This document shows positions 47,929-63,400 of a stretch of DNA of 64,000 nucleotides, one piece after another. The notes under the pieces were generated by a model, which saw nothing but the letters and a program-made list of their open reading frames with translations, was not told the origin of the DNA and did no database searches. How positions within the stretch are numbered: the stretch's first letter is position 1; each line of letters starts with the position of its first letter. Both the position numbers and the translations under genes were made by a program. The stretch is from the human T2T-CHM13v2.0 reference genome, Homo sapiens. The stretch lies in assembly GCF_009914755.1 (NCBI RefSeq), contig NC_060928.1, one strand, 5' to 3'.

Positions 47929-50900
47929 AATTTCCTTTCTTTTGCATTTGCTGAGGAGTGTTTTACTTCCAATTACACAGTTGATTTTAGAATAAGTACT
48001 ATGTGATGCTGAGAAAAATGTATATTCTGTTGATTTGAGGTGGAGAGTTCTGTAGATGTCTATTAGGTCTGCTTGGTGCAGAGCTGAGTTCAATATCCTT
48101 GTTAATTTTCTGTCTCATTGATCTGTCTCATATTGACAGTGTGATGTTAAAGTATCCCACTATTATTTTGTGGGAGCCCAAGTCTCTTTGTAGGTCATTA
48201 AGAACTTGTTTAATGAATCTGGGTGCTCCTGCATTGGGTGCATGTATATTCAGGATAGTTAGCTCTTCTCATTGCATTGATCCCTTTCCATTATTTAATG
48301 CTCTTCTTTGTCTTTTTTGATCTTTGTTGCTTTAAAGTCTGTTTTATCAGAGACTAGGATTGCAACCCCTGCTTTTTTTTTTTTGCTTTCCATTTGCTTG
48401 GTAAATATTTCTCCATGCCTTTATTTTGAGCCTATGTGTGTCTTTGCATGTGAGATGGGTCTCCTGAATATAGCACACTGATGGGTCTTGACTCTTTATC
48501 CAATTTCCAACCTGTATCTTCTAATTGGGGCATGTAGCCCCTTTACATTTATCGTTAATGTTGTTATGTGTGAATGTGATCCTGTCATCATGATGCTAGC
48601 TGGTTATTTTGCACATTAGTTGAAGCAGTTTCTTCATAGTGTCATTGATCTTTATATTTTGGTGTGTTTTTGCAGTGGCTGGTACCGGTTTTTCCTTTCC
48701 ATATTTACTGCTTCCTTCAGGAGCTCTCGTAAGGCAGGCCTGGTGGTGACAAAATCCCTTAGCATTTGCTTGTCTGTAAAATATTTTTTCCTTTGCTTAT
48801 GAAGCTTAGTTTGGCTGGATATGAAATTCTGGGTTGAAAATTCTTTTCTTTAAGAATGTTGAATATTGGCCCCCACTCTCTTCTGTCTTGTAGGGTTTCT
48901 GCAGAGAGATTCGCTGTTAGTCTGATGGGCTTCCCTTTGTAGGTAACCTGACTTTTCTCTCTGGCTGCCCTTAACATTTTTCCTTCATTTCAACCTAGAG
49001 AATCTGAAGATTATGTGTCTTGGGGTTGCTCTTCTCGATGAGTATCTTTGTTGTGTTCTCTGTATTTCCTGAATTTGAATGTTGGCCTGTCTTGCTAGGT
49101 TGGGGAAGTTCTCCTGGATAATATCCTGAAGTGTGTTTTCCAACTTGGTTCCATTCTCCCCGTCACTTTCAGGTACACCAATCAAACGTAGGTTTCGTCT
49201 TTTCACATAGTCCCATATTTCTTGGAGACTTTGTTTGTTCCTTTTCATTCTTTTTTCTCTAATCTTGTCTTTACCCCTCATCTCACTAAGTTGATCTACA
49301 GTCTGATATCCTTTCTTCCACTTGATCAATTTGGCTAGTGATACTTGTGTATGCTTCATGAAGTTCTTGTGCTGTGTTTTTCAGCTCCATCAGGTCATTT
49401 ATGTTCTTCTCTAAACTGGTTATTCTAGTTAGCAATTCCTGTAACCTGTTATCAAGGTTCTTAGCTTCCTTGCATTGGGTTAGATCATGCTCTTTAGCTC
49501 AGAGGAGTTTGTTTTTACCCACCTTCTGAAGTCTACTTCTGTCAATTCATCAATCACCGTCTCCGTCTAGTTTTGTGCCCTTGCTGGAGAAGAGTTGTGA
49601 TCATTTGGTGGAGAAGAAGCATTTTGGTTTTTGGATTTTTCAGCATTTTTGCATTAGTTTTTCCTCATCTTCTTGGATTTATCTACCTTTGATCTTTGAA
49701 GCTGATTTTTGGATGGGGTTTTTGTGTGGGGGTCCTTTTTGTTGATGTTGATGTTGTTGCTTTCTGTTTGTTAGTTTTCCTTCTAAAAGTCAGGCCCCTC
49801 TTCTGCAGGTCTGCTGTAGTTTGCTGGCAGTCCACTCCAGACCCTGTTTGCCTGGGTATCACCAGTGAAGGCTGTAGAATAGCAAAGATTGCTGCTTGCT
49901 CCTTCCTCTAGAAGCTTTATCCCAGAGGGGCACTGGCCTGATGCCAGTCAGAGCTCTCCTATATGAGGTGTCTGTCAACCCCTGTTGGGAGGTATCTCCC
50001 AGTCAGGAGGCACAGGGGATCAGGGACCCACTTGAGGAGGCACTCTGTCCTTCAGCAGAGCTTGAGCACTGTGCTAGGAGATCTTTCCTTGTCAGGATCC
50101 ACTGCTGTCTTTGGAGCTGGCAAGCAAGAACCTTTAAGTCCGCTGAAGCTGCGCCCACAGTCTCCCCTTCCCCCAGGTGCTCTGTCCCAGGTAGATGGGA
50201 GTTTTATCTATAAGCCCCTGACTGGGGTTGCTGCCTTTCTTTCAGGCATGTTCTGCCCTGTGAGGAAGAATCTAGAGAGAAAGTCTGGCCGTAGTCACTT
50301 TGCCGTGCTGTGGTGAATTCCACCCAGTCCAAACTTCCTGGCCTCCTTAGCACTGTCAGGGAAAAATTGCCTACTCAAGCCTTAGTAATGGCAGACACCT
50401 CTCTCCCCACCAAGCTTGATTGTCCCAGATCGACTTCAGACTGCTGTGCTTGCAGTGAGAATTTCAAGCCAGTGCTTCTTAGCTTTCTGGGCTCTGTGAG
50501 AGTGGGACCCACTAAGCTAGACCACTTGGCTCCCTGGCTTCAGCTTCCTTTCCAGGAGAGTGAACAGTTCTGTCTCGCTGGGGTTCCAGGCACCACTGGG
50601 GTATGAAAAACACTCCTGCAGTTAGCTCAGTGTCTTCCCAAACAGCCACCCAGTTTTGTGATTGAAACCCAGGTCCCTGGTGGTGTAGGCACACGAGGGA
50701 GTCTCCTGATCTGCGGATTGCAAAAACCATGGGAAAAGCTTAGTATCCAGGCTGGATAGCACAGTCCCTCACAGCTTCCCTTGGGTAGGGGAGGGAGGTC
50801 CCCAGCACTTTGCACTTCCTGGGTGAGGTGATGCCACACCCTGCTTCTGCTCACCCTCCTTGGGCTGTACCCACTGCCTAACCAGTCCCAGTGAGATGAA

Positions 50901-53204
50901 CTGGGTACTTCAGTTGGAAATGCAGAAATCACCCCCCTTCTGTGTTGGTCTCACTAGGAGCTGCAGACTACAGCTGTTCCTATTTGGTCATCTTGCCACA
51001 TCCCCGAGTATAATCTTAAAATAAGGAAAATTCCTTTAACTGTAATAATCTTGGACCTATTTACAAACTTACTCCATTTTGTGATTTTTCTCATTTTACC
51101 ATGTTCTTATGAACATATCATCTGACACCTATATCACACTGGCTGGGAATCACAGGTCTATGACCCAGTGTTTTGCCTCATGACAGTTTGCATGGAGAGG
51201 GCTGTGCTGAAAAAGTCAGGACCCTTCAGCCTTGTTTTCCAAAGGATGGAGAGTCAGTTTCCCAAAGTCAGCCCTTCTGGGCCCTCAGAGCAGTTGGCTG
51301 GTTGCATGCTTCCTATTGTTGTTCTTCATCATTTATCATGGGTGTGGAGTCATGTGAAATGTGCAAATGCTAACTCAATGTAGACAGCGAATTAGTCTTC
51401 CACAGTGACCATTTGATATGCTTATTTCCTTGAAATTCTTATACCTGTTCCTATGACACAGAACTATGAGCATATGTTCACAGACCAGATTCTCCTAGTA
51501 ATACCTTTAGAGTATGGTTCACTGAGAAATCAATGACATGATAATGGAGTTCTGTCAGAGGAGGCAGGTGATGTTACTCACCAGAAATCCCAAATAGGTA
51601 CTCACTGCTCCTCAACAAGTAAAGGCTCAGAACTTCCAGATCCAGTACTGTGGTCCACTGCCTCTTCTACAGATGCTCTTCTCTGCCCCAGGCCCACAGT
51701 ATCTCAAGGTTACTGTGGCTTAGATAGCATTTACCTTTATATCTTAAAGAGAGTAGAGAATGAGGGGACATTTGTGTTGAGGTCCAGGAATCAGACCCAT
51801 CTGGGTGTTATGGGTTATTTTATGATTACTGGAAACAAAAAAGATTTCCTTGGCACACAATATTCAGGGGGAATTCCTGATTCCTCCATCCAGCTAAATT
51901 CTCTTTCCATCGAACTAAAGCAAGTGGGGACTCCTGGAATAATGCAAGGCTTTGATGGCAAAGTCCCTGAACACGGGGAGGGGAGTCACACACATCCCTC
52001 TCTTCCTCTCAATTTCAGGACGAGGAAGGATAAGTCCACATTCTTCCTATCAAACTCTCACTAGAGATTAGAAATAGAGACTTTGAACTGTGCCTTGGGC
52101 ATCTCCTCAGGCACTGGAGCAGATGTAGCTCTGAGAAGAAAACAGCATGGCCGCATCCTTTTATCCAGCTCCTGCTCTATAAATTGGCAAAGGGAACTCA
52201 TCTTTTATTCTAGTTCTATAAAATTTACTCCAAATTAAGGAGGAATTCTTAATTATAAATGTTAAGCAGAAGTTGCAAATATGTAAGTTTAATGCCTCTG
52301 TTTAAGAGAGGCATTAATAAGAGAAGATTGATCTTTCTTCTAAGGGTACTGGTCTTTCAAGAGAAAAGTAATCTTACACAATTGATAGAAGAGGTTAGTG
52401 CTATGATAAAATTTAATACATCCATTGTGCACCATTGAAATTATTTGACTTCACTCACTGACTGCTGTTTCTGCTAAATTGATATCTTAGATCTAAGAGT
52501 GATTTGCCATATTCTAGATAGGACTAAGCGGCCTGGTGCAAAATAACCCTGAAGTGTTCACGACTGACCCCTCAGCCCAGACAAAATCATGGAGATGCAG
52601 ACCACACACCAAATTGAAGCTGACAACGTGAGATACCTGGGATTATCACAGCCATCCAGAGAGCATCCTTCTCCATACACATAAATTAAGGCATGTGCCC
52701 TATGCCCTTTCTCCAATATGATTTTCCTCTAATCCTTGGAACCACTAGAAGAACACTAACTGCCTGACTCTCCTATTCTCCTGACAATACCACAGATGAA
52801 TTAGGAACCCATTTTCCTAATTCTCTGTGTGTTGGTTTGTTTGGACAGTTACTCTAGTGAAATCGAGTCTTCACAACAAAAGATAGAGGACCCAGACTAA
52901 GCAACTTGCCTAAACCTGAGGACTAGAGTCACTTTTATCATGGCTCATTGACATGATACATTGACATATAACGCTCTCCTGAGACAGTTACACTCCCACC
53001 TTCTCCCTCTATTCCTATTCCTGGTTATTCCAAACCTCTCCTTCTCCTGTTCTTCACCTTCCAGATGTACTGGTTAGCATCTTCTCCTCATGGCTGAGAA
53101 ACAATGGCTTACTATCCTGTTTGCCAATCCTTGTTCCACCTTCCTCCAAGTCTTTCTTCCTCATTCAGAGAATGAATATTATTGCTTCTCAGTTTTTTGG
53201 CTAA

Positions 53205-53288
53205 GATTAAGTGAGAATGAATGAGTGAATATTAATTTTATCTTGTGATTAAGTGAGAATGAATGAGTGAATATTAATTTTATCTTGT
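53205..53288. repeat. Perfect 42-bp tandem duplication
   Basis: gattaagtgagaatgaatgagtgaatattaattttatcttgt x2. Confidence 0.97.
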
Positions 53289-53849
53289 ACTTATTGTAGT
53301 AACTTCTATATAAAATTTTAAAGAGGACAACATTTCTGTCTCAACACCGTCTTGCCTTTCGCAACCTTTCAGACAAACATCTCAGGCTTCCATATTTTCC
53401 CTATTGTCTGCTCTAACGTAACATGATTTCCAGGAAAGATAATAAATTGCTCACTGTAAGGTAAAAGGTTGCAAAGTTTATGCCTTTCCAAAGAGATTTG
53501 CTTTAACACAGGACCAAAATTTCAATTTCCAATTCTGGAAATGCAAAATCAGTAAGAAATCTTGGAGAAGGACAATTTTCTGGTATCCTTTAAATTATAC
53601 CCCTACAAACATTGTGTTCAAATAACAACTCACTCATGGTTCATAAAATCATTTTCATGGATTAATATCAGTTTATTTTTTAATAGAATGGAAGGAAACA
53701 AATATCAATGTACATCAATTAGAGTAAGCGTAAACTTTTTTTTAGAATTTTCATTTCCGTTTTTTATAAATGTACAACATATATATGTATATGTAATTAT
53801 AAGCAAAATATATAAATGCATTTCTTGTTATGATCATCATCAAAAAGTT

Positions 53850-54580
53850 TGAAAGTTACCTGCCCCTCACCCCTAGATCATGTTACCAAATGCTTTTGAT
53901 TCCTCTTGTGCAACTTCACTAACATGCATCCCTGCTTTTCCATCCCCATCACTGTCCACATAGGTCAGATTATTCATTTCCATTCTGAAGTTCTACAATA
54001 ATCACAAAGCCTACATAACTGCTGTCTCTTACATTTTTCTGGGTGTTTACAGTCTCTAAGTCAAATTATTTCCTAATTCAAACTCTGAAATCTGTGCAAG
54101 ACAAAAATCTGAATTCCTGTGCCTAGCCCTCAACCATCTGGCCCATTTTTACCTTGCCAAACCTTATCTCCTGCAGTTACCCAACTTGCCTCCAGGCATT
54201 CTTCTCTTTTCTGCACCAGATCTCTGCTCAAACCATCCTCCTCCCACTCTTTAGCTTGAAATGGCTCCCTTGCCTCATCTTCACGGCATCTTATCAGTCC
54301 CTGAATCCTTCAAGTCTCAGCCCCCTTCCCATGTCCTTCATCCCCCAGTGAATGCATTCACTGACCACCCCATACTTCTGAGAAAGCCTTAAATCTTATT
54401 ATTTTTAACCTTTTCACTGGTGCACATTATTGGTGTACTCATATTTTCTGTTACTTTCTACATTCTTATCTTACCTTTCCAAGGAGATTTTAAGTTCCTT
54501 AAAAGAAAATATATCTTAAGTTTTTCTAGCTTGTTGCACTTAGAGCAAAGGTCCTCCATAAAAATGTTTTGATTGATTTT
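53850..54580 (+). mobile_element. L2 fragment
   Basis: aaaaatctgaattcct...ctggccc...aatccttcaagtctcagc... Confidence 0.55.
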
Positions 54581-55449
54581 TCCTACTGTACACATGATGC
54601 TAAGGTCACTGTGACCCAATAGTTGAAAAATTGGCCATTAATTTTAAAAATACATACTATTGTGCTTATTTTTTATTTTCCATCTTATTTCATTTTCTAA
54701 ACTAATAGTTATTATCCTTAAATCACTTCTGAGCAATTAATTTTAACTTTTTAACCAACTGTACTACTACTACTACTAATAATAATACTCATTTTTCTTT
54801 CTTCAACCCTCTCTGCAGGAAGTTTTAATATGAAAAATAATTTAAGTCATTAAAACAATAAATACTCTGAATTGAGGTGTAATGGGTGACCTTTATGATA
54901 GTTTCTTCTCACTAGAGAGATTGACTCACAAGTTACATAAATACTTAGAAAAGATATCTATGGGGGAATTCAAACATCAGATAATGATTGAACTTTTTGA
55001 ATTTACCATTTCAACCTTGAAATCCTGTAATTCTAAATTCCACTTGCTGAGTAAGTAGATTCTGAACAACCAAAAGTTGCCTGTTCCCTCCTTGCCACCT
55101 CACCTCTGAAATATGCCCTGTAATTTACTTACATTCACAATGGTTCATTAAAGTAACCATAACAAAGCTTACAGTTAATGATAAATTACAAGAAAACTAG
55201 CTCTTTAGTCTAACATTGTGTGGATTATCATTTGGATTTGTAAAAAATTATTATGTATATAGGTATTATAATGTTTATTACCCTTGTCTGGGCTTACTTA
55301 TATTTTAACAAAACGAATAGTTATTCTTTATATTCCTAAAGTGTTAAGATAATGGACAGCCTGAGAAATGATAACAGTGACCCCCCTCCAACAGGAAAGA
55401 CTGGGTTGAAAACACAGTGAAGATATAGCCCACATTTTATAAATCTTTG

Positions 55450-57550
55450 ATTAAAACAGAAGAGTCATCAGTAAGATCAGTAAAAAGAAAAGGATGTCTC
55501 CTTTCATAACTTCTATTCAGCATTATACTGAAGGTTCTAGCCACGGCAATTAAACAAGAAAAAGAAATTAAAGACATCCAAACTGAAAAGAAGTAAAACT
55601 AACTCTATTTACAAATGACATGATCTTGTATATAGAAAATCCTAAGGAATACACACATATACACACACACACAAACTATTAGAGCTAATAAATTAGTTCA
55701 GTGAGGTAACAGGACACAAGATCAATATACAAAACTCAATTATATTTCTGTACACTAGGAATGAATAATCTGAATATAAAATTAAGAAAATAATTCCATT
55801 TAAAATAACACTAAAAGGAATAAAATACTTAGAAATAAATTAAAGAGTTGCAACACTTTGTACTAAACACTACAAAACACCATTGAAACAAATTTTAAAA
55901 GGCCTAATTAAATGGAGAAACATTTTATCATCACCGGTCAGAAGACTTAATTTTTTTAAATGGTGATACTCTACAAATTATCTAGAAATTCAATGAAATC
56001 CCTATCAAAATCTCAGCTGGCTTTTTTTTTGAACAAATTGACAAGCTTATATCATAATTCATATAAAAATTTAAGGAATATAGAATAGCCAAAAAATAAT
56101 AAAAAATGAGGATCAAACTTGTTTGACTTATATTCCCAGATTTCAAAACTTGGCATAAAGATAGACATACAGATTAATGAAATAGACTTGAGAGTTCAAA
56201 CACAAACTCATACATTCATTAATGAGGTAACTAATTTTCCACAAGGGTGCCAAGACAATTGAGTGGAGAAAGAATAGTCTTTTTCAACAAATGGTCCTGT
56301 GACAACCAGATATCCACATGAAAAGAATGAATTTGGACCCCTAACTAACACCACATACAAAAATTAACTCAAAAGAGATCAAAGGCCTAAATATCCAGCT
56401 AGGATTATAAAACTCTTAGAACATAACATCGGTATAAATCTTCATGACCTTGGATTAGACAATGGTTTCTTAGATTTAACACCTAAAGCATAAGAAAGAA
56501 AAGTGTATATACATTTGACTTCATCAAAATTAAAAACATTTTTACCTTAAAGGATACTTTTCAGAAAATGAAAAGACAGCTCACAGATACAAAAAGATAT
56601 TTGCAAATCATGTATTCAGTAAAGCTCTAGTATCCCGAATATATACAGAAGTTGTATGATTCAACAATTAAAAAAAAAAAACCAATTTAAAAACGAACAA
56701 AGAGCTTGAATAGACATTTATCCAAAGAAGACATACAAATGAACAATACGTACATGAAAAGTCATTCAAGATTGTTAGTCATTAGTGTTAGTCATTGGGG
56801 GAATAAAAACCACAGTGAAATATTACTTCACAGCCACTAGGATGGCTATAATGAAAGGAGGAACAAGATGTGTCGGCAAAGGTGAAGAAATTGAAAACCT
56901 CACACATTGCTGTTGAAATGCAAAATAGTATAGCCACTTGGAAACAGTTTGTCACTTCCTCAAAAAGTTAAACACAGAGTTACCATATGACCCAGCAATT
57001 CCACTCCTGTATATATAACCCCCAAATTGAAAATGTACATTCACAGAAAAATTGTACAGAAATGCTCAGAGCAGCATTATTCACAATAGCCAAAAAGTGG
57101 AAATAACCAAAATGTTCACCAACGGATGTCTGGATAAGCAATATCATTAGATAAATAATAAATTAGAATATCATTCAGCCATAAAAAGGGATAAATTACT
57201 GATGCTTGCCAAAACTTGGATGAATCTTGAAAACATTATGTTAGGTGAAAAAAGTCAGACACAAAAGGCCACATATTGTAGGATTCTATTTATAGCAAAT
57301 GACTAGAAGAGGCAGATCTCTATTACAAGGACAAAAGGTAGATTAGTGTTTTTGCCAAGGGCTTGGGGGAATGGGGACATGGGGAGTGACTGCTTATAGG
57401 TTTGGGGTTTTTCAATGATAAAAATGTTCTGAAATTAGATAATGGTGAGGAGTACACAACCTTGTGAATATACTAAAAACTACTGAATTGTACATTTTAT
57501 TTAAAGGGGCAGGTTTTATGGTATGGGAATTGTATCTTAATTCAAAAATA
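55450..57550 (+). mobile_element. L1MB-like ORF2 3' part and 3'UTR
   Basis: ggttctagcc...atagaaaatcctaaggaat...ccatatgacccagcaattccactcct...caaccttgtgaatatactaaaaac. Confidence 0.88.
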
Positions 57551-57632
57551 ATGAAAAAGAAAGATCAAACTACTTACAGTAGATCAAACCACCTGTAGTT
57601 ATCTGTGAACACACTTGACTTATGCTTGCAAC

Positions 57633-57889
57633 CAGTGCTATCAAACTATCAGTGGTTTAGAACCAATTTTTTTTTCAATTTCCTCTCAGTTTTGGACCAA
57701 TACTTTTAAACTACAATAGGAAGAAATTACTAGCAGAACAAAATAAACACACTTAAAATTACTCTGTTAAATTGCTATGAGAGTTCCTAAAAGTTTACTC
57801 TCAATTGCCGTGCTTATTTCATTATGGACTGGGTAAGAAACAGTTTGTAGGTCAGCATGGGTCCATGGCCCACACTTTGAGTATCACTG
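57633..57889. mobile_element. hAT-Charlie-type MITE
   Basis: Terminal inverted repeats cagtgctatcaaa / tttgagtatcactg; TSD not preserved. Confidence 0.55.
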
Positions 57890-59459
57890 TTTTAGACTAT
57901 ATATTCTTCAAGGACAGAGGCATGTTTTATTCACCTCTGAATCTGCTCAGGTAGCGCAAAATGGGCACGGGTAGGAAAGATTGCTCACTGGTTAAATTGA
58001 ACCAATCAACCTACTTCTAATGGCAGCTTCAGCAATAAACAAATCAATCGATTCAGGCCACCAGTGTTAGAAACTTGCTAGGATCAGCTCAACTCCTAAT
58101 CAATCGTGTATAGGGCCATGGGTTCATAATAACAACATTATGCTTCCACATTAAATGGCAAATGTGCTTTCTTCATTTCACATGTTTATACCTTACCTCC
58201 ATTAAGTGGGTGGCATCATTTAGGAAATAAATAACATATAATCAAAACAAAGCCAAAAATAGAGGCAAGAATCCTTTCAGCTCTCAAGTGGCAAATCATT
58301 TCAGTGTTGAACTTTGATATACAATTCATAGATTATTTACAGAAAGTGCTTTCTAATGTTGCTAAGAATAGCCCTAGTTTTTTGTTTTTTGTTTTTTTTT
58401 AAGATGGAAAACAGTGTGGAATTTGAAAAATGTTTTAAAATTCCTTTACCTGAAATGCCAGCAATTATGCAAGTAGCTACCAGACCAAGAGAGTGTTTGC
58501 GAAACAGAGTTGAAAACTGGGCTAGGGTACCGTAACAGATTTTCTAATACCTGTTCATTATTATTGCAAAGGGCATGTGGAGCTATTATTTTAAATCTCT
58601 ACACACCCTATCAGCTAGTCTGAGAGGATTTTAGCTGACAAGGCCCTGGGAACAAGATTTTTTCAGGCTTAGTTATGTGGCTGATTCTATCTGAGGCCTG
58701 AAAAAATACACTCCATTTACTTGATCACCGCCAGAGAGGAAACAAAGATTCCTATGTGTGGCCCCCTTTAAAGAAGTGGAACAGTGCTATGCTAGGTACA
58801 ACAGAGTCAGCCAGCCTGGAACAGAAGCCACAGCAGCTTTGCCCAGATTAGAGCTGTAATTCCACGTTCCAAAATGTCTGGCCACCAAAGGACAGCCTTT
58901 TCATAGGAGTGTGTTATTACTTTTTATTTGTTAGAGGGGATGTTATTCTACTTCCTGAAAGAAATAAATAAAGTGAGATTATGTGAGTCTGGCCAACTTT
59001 ATATCCTTACATATTAACACTTAATTAGGTAACTCTGATTTATTATACTGCTGAAGAATTTGTAAAGCAAGTAAATGGCTACATAAAGTTTCTCACATAA
59101 ATGTAAGGATAGAAACTTCCATAAAGATGATTTAATATAGTGCATTATGTCATAGTACAGACAAACAGCAGTAATTTGTCTTGTTTTACAGAAAATTTAC
59201 TGTGTGGAAAATGAGGAGTGCTAAGTTATATTAGCCAAAGAACAATTACTTATCAATGTTTTTTATAATGACAGTGTGTTTCTCCTTTGGCATATGCACA
59301 CACACAAACACAGAGGGATACACACAGTATAACTTGACAAAGAAGCCATTCCTTTAGAATGCTGGTACAATTGTTAGCATTTCATGTAAAAGAGCTTTTC
59401 CAATATTTTTTCAAACTCCTTCCCTCTCTTTTTTCAAAAACTATGTATATAAAATTAAT

Positions 59460-60470
<1,011 letters not shown>

Positions 60471-60482
60471 ATATAAGCCTTG

Positions 60483-63400
60483 CATGATGGTTGATACTGA
60501 GTATCAACTTGATTGGATACAAAGTATTGATCCTGGCTGTGTCTGTGAGGGTGCTGCCAAAGGAGATTAACATTTGAGTCAGTGGGCTGGGAAAGGCAGA
60601 CCCACCCTTAACCTGGGTGGGCACAATCTAATCAGCTGCCAGCATGGCTATAATATAAGCAGGCAGAAAAATGTGAAAAGAGAGACTAGCCTAGCCTCCC
60701 AGCCTACATGTTTCTCCCGTGCTGGATGCTTCCTGCCCTCAAACATCAAACTCCAGGTTCTTCAGTTTTGGAACTCATACTGGCTCTCCTTGCTCTTCAG
60801 CCTGCAGATGGCCTACTGTGGGACCTTGTGATCATGTGAGTTAATAATTAAAGAACCCCTCTTTACATATATATATGTACTATGTAAGTCACCATGTAAC
60901 CTGAACTGCCTATCATGAACTGGGTGCTTTCTGACCCATCTAGCCATAAAGTAGGTGGTGCATAGCAGCATTCCATCATCAAATGGAAGTGGTATATACG
61001 TCATCGGGCTTGAGCAGGTCCTGAAGGCACAAGTAAGTTACATGAGGAAGTGGCTCAAATGCCCATGGTGTCCACTCCTGCCACCCTGCCTTCTCTCCCC
61101 TAGCCTGGACCAATGGCCTCATGGGGAGTTCCCTATGACCAGTTGACAGAGGAAGAGAAGACCAGGGCCTGGTTCATAGATGGTTCTGCACGATATGCAG
61201 GCACCACTTGAAAGTGGATAGCTGCAGCACTACAGCCCCTTTCTAGGACATCCCTGAAGGACAGCGGTGAAGGGAAATCTTCCCAGTGGGCAGAACTTTG
61301 AGCAGTGTGCCTGGTTGTGCACTTTGCTTGGAAGGAAAAATGGCCGGATACGTGATTATATACTGATTCATGGGCTGTAGCCAATGGTTTGGCTGGGTGG
61401 TCAGTGACTTGGAAGAAGCATGATTGGAAAATTGGTGACAAAGAAATTCGGGGAAGACGTATGTGGATGCACCTCTCTAAGTGGTCAAAAGCAAGATATT
61501 TGTATCCAATGTGAGTGCTCATCAACAGGTGACCTCAGCAGAGGAGGATTTTAATAATCAAGTGAATAGGATGACCCATTCTGTGGACACCACTCAGCTT
61601 CTTTCCCCAGCCACCCGTGCTGTTACCCAATAGGCCCATGAACAAAGTGGCCATGGTGGTAGGGATGGAGGTTATGAATGGGCTCAGTAACATGGACTTC
61701 TACTCACCAAGGCTGACCTGGCTACGGCCACTGATGTGTGCTCAATTTTCCAGCAGCAGAGACCAACACTGAGCCCTCAATATGGCACCATTCCTGGGGG
61801 TGATCAGCCAGCTACCTGGTGGCAGGTTGATTATACTCGACTTCTTCCATCATGGAAAGGACAGAGGTTTGTCCTCACTGGAATAGACACTTACTCTGGA
61901 TATGGGTTTGCCTATCCTGCATGCAATGCTTCTGCCAAGACTACCATCTGTGGACTCACAGAATGCCTTATCCACTGTGATGATATTCCACACAGCATTG
62001 CCTCTGATCAAGGCACTCACTTTACCGCTAAAGAAATGTGGCAGTGGCTTCATGCTCATGGAATTCGCTGGTCTTACCATGTTCTCCATCATCCTGAAGC
62101 AGCCAGATTAATAGAACAGTGGAATGGCCTGTTGAAGCCACAATTACAACACCAACTAAGTTACAATACTTCACAGGGCTGGGGCAAAGTTCTCCAGAAG
62201 GTCACGTGTGCTCTAAATCAGCATCCAATATATGGTACTGTTTCTCCCATAGCCAGGATTCACGGGTCCAGGATTCAAGGGGTGGAAGTGGAAGTGGCAC
62301 CACTCACCAACACCCATAGTGATCCACTAGCAACATTTTTGCTTCCTGTTCTCACGACATTATGTTCTGCTAGCCCAGAGGTCTTATTTCCAGAGGCAGG
62401 AATGCTGCCACAGGGAGACACAACAACAATCCCATTAAACTGGAAGTTAAGATTGCCACCTCGACACTTTGGGCTCCTCCTACCTTTAAGTCAACAGGCT
62501 AAGAAGGGAGTTGCAGTGTTGGCTGGGGTGATTGACCTGGACTATCAAGATGAAATCAGTCTACTACTCCACACAGAAGTCAGGAAGAGTATGCATTGAA
62601 TACAGGAAATCCATTAGGGCATCTCTTAGTATTATCATGCTCTGTGATTAAGGTCAATGGGAAACTACAACAGCCCAATCCAGGCAGGACTACAAATGAC
62701 CCAGACTCTTCAGGAATGAAAGTCTGGGTCACTCCACCAGGAAAAAAAAAACCATGACCTGCTGAGGTGCTTGCTGAAGGCAAAGTGAATACATAATGGG
62801 GTAGTAGAAGAAGGTAGTAATCAATACCAGCTACAAACACATGACCAGTTGCAGAAACAAGGACAGTAATTGTTTTATGTATCTCCTATTTCCTCCTTCT
62901 TTTGTTAAAAGCATGTTTGTGCATGTATACACTTGTACTAAGAAAATATCTTCATTTTATTACTTTCTCCTTTATCATGTGACATAAGATTTATTGACTT
63001 CACATCAGCATTTAAGTATGGTTAACTTTATATAATAGTATTTGGGTTGAGGATTGGTGCGTTTCCAGTTGCACGAAGGATAGTTGTATTATATTAGGTG
63101 TAATAATGAACTTATTTTCGTTTTTATTTGAAGATTATGTATGGTCTCAGGAGATGTGTATGGGTTCAAGTTGACAAGGGGTGGACTTGTGATGGTTAAT
63201 ACTAAGTGTCAACTTGATTGGATGCAAAGTATTGATCCTGGGTGTGTCTTTGAGGGTGCTGCCAAAGGAGATTAACATTTGAGTCAGTGGGCTGGGAAAG
63301 GCAGACCCACCCTCAATCTGGGTGGGCACAATCTAATCAGCTGCCAGCGTGGCTAGAATACAAGCAGGTAGAAGACTAAACTGGCTTAGCCTCCCGGCCT

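Noticed and set aside
52289-52317. Perfect 11-bp inverted repeat with 7-nt loop
   Set aside because: Plausible by chance in 64 kb of AT-rich DNA and too short for a pre-miRNA.
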